A DNA stretch of 64,000 bases from a virus (Duplodnaviria > Caudoviricetes). Below the pieces are notes generated by a model. That model worked only from the letters and a program-made list of their open reading frames with translations. It had not been told where the DNA came from and searched no databases. Shown here piece after piece: positions 57,951-64,000 of this stretch; position 1 is the stretch's first letter, and every line of letters starts with the position of its first letter. The stretch lies in the IMG/VR virus record IMGVR_UViG_3300017722_005389. One strand, given 5' to 3'. The translations under genes were made by a program, and so were the position numbers.

Positions 57951-58577
57951 TTAAATTCTTCCTCTGAAGTATTTAAGTTCCTCGTTATAGTTTATTTTCT
58001 TTCTAACGAAGTTTAAAATACTTTCCTTTGTAAGTTGCCCACTTGCATCACAAAGTGGATAATTTTGCGTTCTGATGATTTCAGAAGCTGGATATGGGTT
58101 GCCTTGATGATTTATGAATGCTGGCAGAAACGTTGACATTTCCAACCTGATAAAACTATTAAGCTTGACACCAGAAAACTTTTCATTTGCTTCCCAGATT
58201 GTTACAGCTGCTTTGGCTTGTTCAACATAATTCATTTGAAGCAACTCTTCTTTAGAAACCTTTAAAAGTTCTCTTGCGTGATCACCAAACATTATAAGTC
58301 CAGCAAAGCCACCACCATCAGCTTTTGGATCCATACCAGATTCACCCCACATTATAAGCAAACAGAATTTCCAATCCAATTTTCTGGCATCACCAAAAGA
58401 TTTCAATACTTTGACAAACTCTTCCCTTTCAACATCAGGAACCTTGCAAAGCAACTCTTTGACATCTGAGTGTTCAATTTCAATGGGAAGAGGTACCTTT
58501 ATTGAATGCGCATAATTTTTTGGCGCAGCAGCGATCAATGTAATACATAAAAAAATAGAAGTAAAAATTGTTTTCAT
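57951..58577 (-). CDS. Exported lytic transglycosylase (SLT/lysozyme-like)
   Basis: Signal peptide; IMWGESGMDP.A, AGLI.F, M..VEQ. Confidence 0.7.
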   Translation of the reverse strand: MKTIFTSIFLCITLIAAAPKNYAHSIKVPLPIEIEHSDVKELLCKVPDVEREEFVKVLKSFGDARKLDWKFCLLIMWGESGMDPKADGGGFAGLIMFGDHARELLKVSKEELLQMNYVEQAKAAVTIWEANEKFSGVKLNSFIRLEMSTFLPAFINHQGNPYPASEIIRTQNYPLCDASGQLTKESILNFVRKKINYNEELKYFRGRI

Positions 58578-58675
58578 AATAAAATTGTTTTAAATAAAAA
58601 AACCCTTGGGCTCACTACTTCCCAAGGGCAATTCACTATTAAACTATAAGAACTTTTTCTTTGGGAACTTATGAG

Positions 58676-58828
58676 TTATTCCCAGGAGCATTTTTGTTTT
58701 CGATTGTATTTTTTAGCGTTCTTATGGACTTTTTTAATCGCATAAAACCCATGCGGATGCTTCTCCAGATAGACTTCTCTTGCACCAGAACCGCAAGCTT
58801 TCTCAAGAATTTTATTTGATTTTTTCAT
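58676..58828 (-). CDS. Small basic 50-aa protein (not in track)
   Basis: MKKSNKILEKACGSGAREVYLEKHPHGFYAIKKVHKNAKKYNRKQKCSWE; motif at 58848. Confidence 0.6.
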   Translation of the reverse strand: MKKSNKILEKACGSGAREVYLEKHPHGFYAIKKVHKNAKKYNRKQKCSWE

Positions 58829-58863
58829 AAGTGGCTGTATATCATATTATAAATAGTATCCAA

Positions 58864-59367
58864 CTATATAAAAAGTGTATCACCAACTTTGGTGCCAGAA
58901 AATAATCTGGCTTCAGAAACTATAAATTTTCTAAATTGGGTGCTTTGCATATAGTTAAATCTGATGTCATCTTTTATTTTTGTGAGGGGTCTTCTTGTGT
59001 CCTCTTTAGTAGATTCAGATATTTGTTCTTTGGATTCAAGGAACCCGAACAAGTACAACTTGTCATCCTTCTTTTGTAGTCCAACCCCGATATTTTCATA
59101 AGGGTCCTTCCAATTGGAGTCCTCAGAAGCTTTCTTAGGAAACATAATCTTCTGAAGAATTTCTTGTCTAGCTTCTTCATAAACCTGCTCTTCAAAAGAA
59201 AGGTTTGAAAGTGTATTGATGTCATGTCCAATGCATTCATAGACATTCTTCTTGATATCTATAAGGTATTGTGCTGATTCTCCTTTGGAGTTGGTGTATT
59301 CCATACAGATGCATCTTACATCTTCGGTCAACTCATTCCAGCGATTTGAAACTTCTGTTACTTGCAT
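58864..59367 (-). CDS. Hypothetical protein
   Basis: Y.N..GE...Y.I, LY..G, T..K..I pattern. Confidence 0.65.
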   Translation of the reverse strand: MQVTEVSNRWNELTEDVRCICMEYTNSKGESAQYLIDIKKNVYECIGHDINTLSNLSFEEQVYEEARQEILQKIMFPKKASEDSNWKDPYENIGVGLQKKDDKLYLFGFLESKEQISESTKEDTRRPLTKIKDDIRFNYMQSTQFRKFIVSEARLFSGTKVGDTLFI

Positions 59368-59480
59368 AATAAATATTTTAATTGCAAATGTACAACTTTA
59401 TTTTTTAAAAAAGAAGGGTTCAAAGGAAAAAATTTTAATTTTCTTAAGAACCCTCCGAAAACTCAAAATTATACTAATAC

Positions 59481-59798
59481 CTAAAGTACAAAACAAGGTA
59501 CTGAAACTATATGTCCAGCTTCATTTCTTACAACAGCTGGATGTCCAGTTGCAGGTGCAAGACAATCAGTTCTCCCTTGAAGCTTTGCAGCTGTCAGAAC
59601 CACTGCTGAAACTATAAAGAAAGTTCCCTCTGCTGAATCGGGCAGGTCTTGAACTGTCCCAAACACTTGGGAACAAATTCCGTTTTCTATTTCAGAGAAT
59701 GTCGCAGAAACTCTTGCAACAGTCCCAGATTTTACAAATACTGTCCCATCGTTGAAAACGATATCGTGTGGGGTGCAATTGATGAATGTAGCAGTCAT
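59481..59798 (-). CDS. Conserved phage protein (N.TPH family)
   Basis: INCTPHDI, SG.VARV, LP....T..IVS, R.D...P, R...G.I. Confidence 0.7.
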   Translation of the reverse strand: MTATFINCTPHDIVFNDGTVFVKSGTVARVSATFSEIENGICSQVFGTVQDLPDSAEGTFFIVSAVVLTAAKLQGRTDCLAPATGHPAVVRNEAGHIVSVPCFVL

Positions 59799-60059
59799 AG
59801 TAGTAAAGATTTAAATGTTAATAAAATTTTTCAATGCTGCTTTGCCTGCAATGGGTTTAGTGTGAAAAAATACGGGCTTTAGGGTTTCCCACTCCCTTTT
59901 TTTTTATTTTATAAACAAAATCCCGATTTTTTCTTTGACTTCTTTATATTCACGAAATAGTCTTTTTAGTTTTAAAAAATAAATTGGTGGCGTATTAATT
60001 ATTTCACGCCTTAACTCCCAATATCTATCAATTAGTTTATCCATTCAATTTTCTTTTTG

Positions 60060-60450
60060 CTTCAAACAAATCAAACATTTGCTCTCCAGTTAGCGATAAT
60101 GTAATCCTGCAGCCATCTGTATGAGTGCCTGTTATTTCATCTTCCCTCTGCACTCAGTTGTAATACTAAATAATGCTTGTATTTCTACACACTATTCATT
60201 AGAAGGTTTTCGTTTTATACCTCATAGATTACAACTGCTCACCCTTGGGAACTGATTAACTTACATACTCAAGGTTGTCATCCTTGTACTGTTCCTGAAG
60301 ACTTTACAGGTTTCACATTATGTAATTCATTCTGACTTGTGTAACAGTCTTATTAATCAGGTAGTTTCACATCTTAATAAGACATTCACTACTTTAAGTG
60401 AGTTGTGGTGCATTAAAAAGAGCAGTTTGTCTACATGCTCAGATATACGC
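60060..60450 (-). ncRNA. Candidate large structured non-coding RNA
   Basis: ORF-free; nested perfect helices: 60123-128/60150-155, 60155-164/60228-237 (10 bp), 60270-274/60282-286, 60347-356/60374-383 (10 bp), 60386-390/60397-401, 60420-424/60436-440; GTGAAA loops on - strand. Confidence 0.55.
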
Positions 60451-60588
60451 AGAATATCAATGCCTTTCTATGTTCTTTAATAAATTATTGCGCATTAAAA
60501 TTGCAGAACCTAATCTTTCAATTTTAGTGTGAAAAAAAAGGGGGCAAATGCCAAAGGGAAATCGCCCCCCACTTCACTAATTAAAACA

Positions 60589-60915
60589 CTATATGGATGG
60601 AACTAAATTGCTTTTTAATACCTCTTGGATTCTTTCAACAACTTCCTTAGAATTTCCTCCAACATTCCAATGGGTTATTTTTGTTTTGGCTGTACCCTCT
60701 CTGCCAAGATAATTTTTGCCGTTCTTCCAATTATAGATGGTGGCAACAGTACCATCTTCGAATTGAATATACCATTCAGCATCGGTCTTATATCCCTCGT
60801 CTGATTGTGGTTTTCCGAAAATCTTTTTAAGTAAGCTGTACTCCGCATCAATGTAACCTTGAAAATGAGTTCCATTGACATCAATGTTTGACTTATTGTG
60901 TGTTACGAATTTCAT
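60589..60915 (-). CDS. Conserved phage protein
   Basis: Start re-called to MKFVTH; GT..QGYI...Y..L...FG.P, K...EW...F, TIY.WK, W.VGG. Confidence 0.7.
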   Translation of the reverse strand: MKFVTHNKSNIDVNGTHFQGYIDAEYSLLKKIFGKPQSDEGYKTDAEWYIQFEDGTVATIYNWKNGKNYLGREGTAKTKITHWNVGGNSKEVVERIQEVLKSNLVPSI

Positions 60916-61054
60916 AAGAAAATAAAATTTAATAGTGAGTGAATTAAACGACCTTACAAAGATACAACTTACATTTGGCATTTCAAAATTTTTCTTTAGA
61001 AAAAAACAAGGGCTTCAAAACTTTTTTTGCTTTCTAATGAAGCCCTTGTATATT

Positions 61055-61525
61055 TTACCAAGAAGAATGGTATTCAAAAGAAACTTCATAGTCATTCTCA
61101 AAGACACCCTCTATAGCTTCTGAAAGCATTTTTATTGTGTCTGCAACATCTTCGTAATAGTACGCTTTATACTCTGTATCACCGAAGAAGAAACCTGCGT
61201 GTGTGGGCAAATTTTCCTGACTGAAAGCATTATCTTTCTTTTCTAACACTTGCTCACAAAGGGCAATAAGTTTTTTTAGTTGGGTAATGGTTACTTCGTA
61301 AACTCCACAATCATCTTCGCCATCTTGAACGTTATCTACGAACCATTTGTGGATATGGTTTGCTTTGCGCCAGTATGCAGCACTTTCATGAATTTCCGAA
61401 ATCATTTTTGGTTTAATGTTAATGACATTGCCATTAACTTTGATTTCAACAGAAGCTTCAACATTACGGTGGTCATAATGCGCACCGATGTAAATCTTCT
61501 TTGTCAGATACATATCAAGTCCCAT
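61055..61525 (-). CDS. Conserved phage protein (MGLDMY..YWRKAN.IH.WF family)
   Basis: Start re-called to MGLDMYL. Confidence 0.75.
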   Translation of the reverse strand: MGLDMYLTKKIYIGAHYDHRNVEASVEIKVNGNVINIKPKMISEIHESAAYWRKANHIHKWFVDNVQDGEDDCGVYEVTITQLKKLIALCEQVLEKKDNAFSQENLPTHAGFFFGDTEYKAYYYEDVADTIKMLSEAIEGVFENDYEVSFEYHSSW

Positions 61526-61633
61526 AATCTTTAAAGTTTTAAAATAGTGAATAAAATAATTGTACAACAAAATTACAAAAGAAAGTTGACATTTCCAAGA
61601 GAAGCATCAACTTTCTTTTGAAATAATTAAAAT

Positions 61634-61798
61634 TTAACAATCCATATCATTTACTTGGTTTCTAAAATACTCTGTGATGTCTATTAAGGCATCCACCAAT
61701 TCTTCTTCAGACATCAATGCGAATTCTTTCGCATCTTCAACTGTTTCGATTTCGTCTGAAGAAAAATCAAAAATTGCTTCAATAAGTTTCTTTCTCAT
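61634..61798 (-). CDS. Acidic 54-aa protein (not in track)
   Basis: MRKKLIEAIFDFSSDEIETVEDA..., single cassette. Confidence 0.6.
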   Translation of the reverse strand: MRKKLIEAIFDFSSDEIETVEDAKEFALMSEEELVDALIDITEYFRNQVNDMDC

Positions 61799-61889
61799 AA
61801 TAAAGTTTTAAAATAGTGAATGAAATAAAATAATTGTCCTACAAAAATAGAAAATACTTTTGGCATTTCCAAATTTTCTTTTGAAAGAA

Positions 61890-62162
61890 TTACAAATAAT
61901 ATTCAGTAATCAAATTGGTAGCGGTTTCTTCTATGTAAATATCGCTCATTGTATCTGTTGTATTGTACCAATAGTCATCATCATCGGTTTTGAGAAACCC
62001 TTGCACTATATCATTGTTATAGATTTCAGTAGCAATCTGTTCAATTGCTTCAACTGAAGCAATATTATCTAACGGCATTTCTTGATTAGATCTTGTAACT
62101 CTAATTCTTTCCCAGGTTCTTGCAACATGAACCAATACATAATTGAAAATTGTCCTATTCAT
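61890..62162 (-). CDS. Hypothetical protein
   Basis: Start re-called to MNRTIF. Confidence 0.6.
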   Translation of the reverse strand: MNRTIFNYVLVHVARTWERIRVTRSNQEMPLDNIASVEAIEQIATEIYNNDIVQGFLKTDDDDYWYNTTDTMSDIYIEETATNLITEYYL

Positions 62163-62292
62163 AAATTTGGATTTTTGCAGGTTTATAACCATAGTTCATT
62201 ACTATCAAGCCAATTTCATTGTCAGCTTCCTTTTCAGTCAAAGGAACTCTGTTCAACTTGATGTTCTTATAAAACAAATTAAATGTTTTCAT
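62155..62292 (-). CDS. 45-aa protein (not in track)
   Basis: MKTFNLFYKNIKLNRVPLTE...; ATGA-coupled to 62289 ORF. Confidence 0.5.
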   Translation of the reverse strand: MKTFNLFYKNIKLNRVPLTEKEADNEIGLIVMNYGYKPAKIQIYE

Positions 62293-62555
62293 ACAGTATT
62301 TATTCTTATGAGTTCTGTTTTAATAACAGAAGCAAGGTTATTAAGTTGTAAGACAACATCTAAAGGGTAATATTTATAAACGGCTTCACAAGATAAGGTT
62401 TCAAAAACATCGCCACTATAAATTTTTTCTTCTAATTCGTAATCTGTATCGACATACATTTCTCTCCCCTCTAAGAGTTTAATAACTCCTTCCAACAATA
62501 CATCTTTTGGAATTTCTGTTATTGAAATAACAGAAAAGCTTTCATTGGTAAACAT
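62289..62555 (-). CDS. Hypothetical protein
   Basis: Cassette ORF. Confidence 0.6.
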   Translation of the reverse strand: MFTNESFSVISITEIPKDVLLEGVIKLLEGREMYVDTDYELEEKIYSGDVFETLSCEAVYKYYPLDVVLQLNNLASVIKTELIRINTV

Positions 62556-62650
62556 AATAGTATAATTTAATAGTGAAATAAATATAATGTAAAATTACAA
62601 AAGAAATCTCGAACTTCCAAATGAAATCCAAGATTTCTTTTGAAATAATT

Positions 62651-62860
62651 TTAATTGTTTTCTATGGTATCTAAGTAAATCATTTCATTGTTGACACAAA
62701 TATATTCTCTGTTATCGTTTCCAGTATCTGTGTACACCATTATATATCCAACTGGTGTTCCATTGAGAAACAATATAATATCTTCATTATTCTCGTCCAA
62801 GTAAGACAGCTGGGCATAGCTTGTGAAATCAAGTGTCAATTCATCTGTGTAAAATTCCAT
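62651..62860 (-). CDS. Acidic hypothetical protein
   Basis: Cassette ORF. Confidence 0.55.
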   Translation of the reverse strand: MEFYTDELTLDFTSYAQLSYLDENNEDIILFLNGTPVGYIMVYTDTGNDNREYICVNNEMIYLDTIENN

Positions 62861-62887
62861 AAGTATGATGTTTAATAGTGAGAAAAT

Positions 62888-63184
62888 TTATTGAAACTCG
62901 TAACCAACTTCGGTTACATAAAAATTAGAACCATCGAGGTTGTCATTTCTCATCTTTAACATATATATGTCAAAGTATCCAAAGGTACTTTCCTTTTCGC
63001 TGTTGAACATTATGTTCCAATCAGTTATAGTATTTGTCTCGTCATCCTCGTTGACGATTTCAGCTTCAATTTTTTCATCAAAGGCTTTTGACAAACTTTC
63101 TGTCAATGTTTTCATATTAAACCTTTGACCAACCAAAGATTCTAAAAAGTCTGCAATTTCTTTTTGCTTTTGAGTGAGAGCCAT
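62888..63184 (-). CDS. Hypothetical protein
   Basis: Start re-called to MALTQ; FDIY.L..R....YVTEV.YEF. Confidence 0.65.
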   Translation of the reverse strand: MALTQKQKEIADFLESLVGQRFNMKTLTESLSKAFDEKIEAEIVNEDDETNTITDWNIMFNSEKESTFGYFDIYMLKMRNDNLDGSNFYVTEVGYEFQ

Positions 63185-63302
63185 AGTGATAATGTTTAAT
63201 AGTGATTTAAAAATAAGAGCGTAAGCGATTAAAATTGTCCAACAAAAATACAAAAGAAAGTTGACATTTCCAAGAGAAGCATCAACTTTCTTTTGAAATA
63301 AT

Positions 63303-63476
63303 TTATTTTTCTTTCAAATCTTCATAGGTGGTTATTGAAGCAGTTACTCTTTCTATAAATAAATCTGCCCATTGGTTATCGTCCATCATGCCGATACCTT
63401 TTTGGTTTTGGTAATCTGCTAAGTCCTGCTGGATGTCATCAAGAATAGCTTTTAGCGTTTCAAAATTCATGTTCAT
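63303..63476 (-). CDS. 57-aa protein (not in track)
   Basis: MNMNFETLKAILDDIQQDL... Confidence 0.55.
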   Translation of the reverse strand: MNMNFETLKAILDDIQQDLADYQNQKGIGMMDDNQWADLFIERVTASITTYEDLKEK

Positions 63477-63509
63477 AATGTAAAATTTTATTAGTGAGTG
63501 AAATAATAT

Positions 63510-63746
63510 TTATTCTTCGTTAAACTCTGCATTATGCTCACAATCCGCATAAAAAAGGTCGGGACAATCAGATATTTCTAATGTGTGTTTGCAATACGCA
63601 CACTCAATTTCATTGTCCATTATATCGTGTAATAGAACCTCCCCACAATTCCCACACGTTACAATGTTAATATTTGCTAACGCTATAACTCTTTTTGATA
63701 GTTCAATTTGTTTTTCAACTAATTGTCTTTTTGTTACTTTTGTCAT
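63510..63746 (-). CDS. Zn-ribbon protein
   Basis: Start re-called to MTKVTK; NIVTCGNCG..LLH..C.YC..D.PDLF. Confidence 0.65.
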   Translation of the reverse strand: MTKVTKRQLVEKQIELSKRVIALANINIVTCGNCGEVLLHDIMDNEIECAYCKHTLEISDCPDLFYADCEHNAEFNEE

Positions 63747-63830
63747 AATTTTTAAAGTTTTATTAGTGAATAAAATAATGTCCAACAAAAATAGAAAATA
63801 CTTTTGGCATTTCAAAATTTATTTCCAACT

Positions 63831-64000
63831 TTATTTTGAAAGAATTAAATTTTTTATAGTCCCACTTCCAATGACATAAACGAATAAATCTTCAATGATC
63901 GTTTCTTCATCGGTCTCTGTCCTATTCAAGAGAATGAAATTGTTATCATCATCTTGATAGATGAAAGTTCCCTCTGTATCGCCATCGCTTTTCACAGACC
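63831..64000 (-). CDS. 3' end of a protein that starts beyond the window
   Basis: Open frame DGDTEGTFIYQDDDNNFILL... to TAA at 63831. Confidence 0.45.
   Translation of the reverse strand, partial: SVKSDGDTEGTFIYQDDDNNFILLNRTETDEETIIEDLFVYVIGSGTIKNLILSK

Larger units (their letters stand above)
4548..58855. promoter_or_regulatory. Dispersed TATTTATA motif (coding strand), putative phage late promoter
   Basis: + genes: 4548, 5342, 8990, 14958, 20981, 25152, 29233, 32164; - genes (TATAAATA on +): 6350, 11884, 20105, 23255, 37489, 38086, 39040, 42154, 43250, 46925, 51292, 58848; about 5-30 nt before ATG. Confidence 0.75.
52141..63850 (-). repeat. Array of about 14 full plus several partial ~70-130-bp intergenic hairpin/promoter repeats
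   Basis: Copies near 52141, 53245, 53938, 54737, 55112, 55661, 56240, 56581, 56911, 57852, 60916, 61526, 61799, 62556, 63185, 63747; - strand has TTTG/TTGG then TA(T/C)(T/C)TTTG or TAATTTT then CACTATTAAAA; + strand AAAAGAAA..TTTCTTTT inverted repeat. Confidence 0.9.

Noticed and set aside
60060-60450. RNase P RNA, tmRNA or hammerhead ribozyme
   Set aside because: No GAGGAAAGTCC/ACAGAA..CGGCT, no tRNA-like ends, no CTGAnGA+GAAA core in the right arrangement.
52141-63850. CRISPR array
   Set aside because: Repeats are 70-130 bp, variable, contain promoters and are separated by 200-900 bp genes rather than 30-40 bp spacers; no cas genes.
1-64000. Genome-wide stop-codon reassignment (TGA=Trp or TAG=Gln), suggested by the thyA break
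   Set aside because: Many genes end in TGA with ATGA overlaps or in TAG, and ORFs pack densely under code 11; only thyA is interrupted.
1-64000. Integrase, transposase, reverse transcriptase/DGR, homing endonuclease or group I intron
   Set aside because: No recognisable RHRY, DDE, YxDD, GIY-YIG, LAGLIDADG or HNH motifs in the translated ORFs.
1-64000. Bacterial chromosome origin of the window
   Set aside because: No housekeeping operons; dominated by small hypothetical ORFs, tail-like genes, holin and phage-type nucleotide enzymes.

Overview
Very AT-rich, gene-dense segment of a large (jumbo-type) tailed phage that most likely infects Bacteroidota. Host evidence: TAnnTTTG/TTTG promoters, a Bacteroidota-type RecX, a T9SS-type cargo protein and no Shine-Dalgarno motifs. 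The standard code (11) fits; no rRNA, CRISPR array or integrase is visible. Layout: end of a tail/structural block (1-4 kb); nucleotide, redox and accessory genes with many small hypothetical ORFs (4-31 kb: recX, ferritin-like, trxA, thyA with an in-frame TGA, dNMP kinase, two DEDD exonucleases, HotDog thioesterase); about 25 genes that share a short Glu-terminated N-terminal leader, mostly behind a TATTTATA motif, fused to variable enzyme cargo (ADP-ribosyltransferase, zincin, kinase, GNAT, ParB-like); a ParB/holin region; and a minus-strand early region (51-64 kb) of single-gene cassettes separated by a repeated hairpin-promoter element. The most unusual signals are the leader-cargo effector family, integron attC-like sites that fall inside ORFs and delimit their C-terminal segments (13.9-16.1 kb), the hairpin-promoter cassette array, a candidate large structured ncRNA (~60.1-60.45 kb), two non-canonical tRNA-like RNAs and a stand-alone minimal AlaRS domain. 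All protein calls come from motif recognition by eye; no database search was run.
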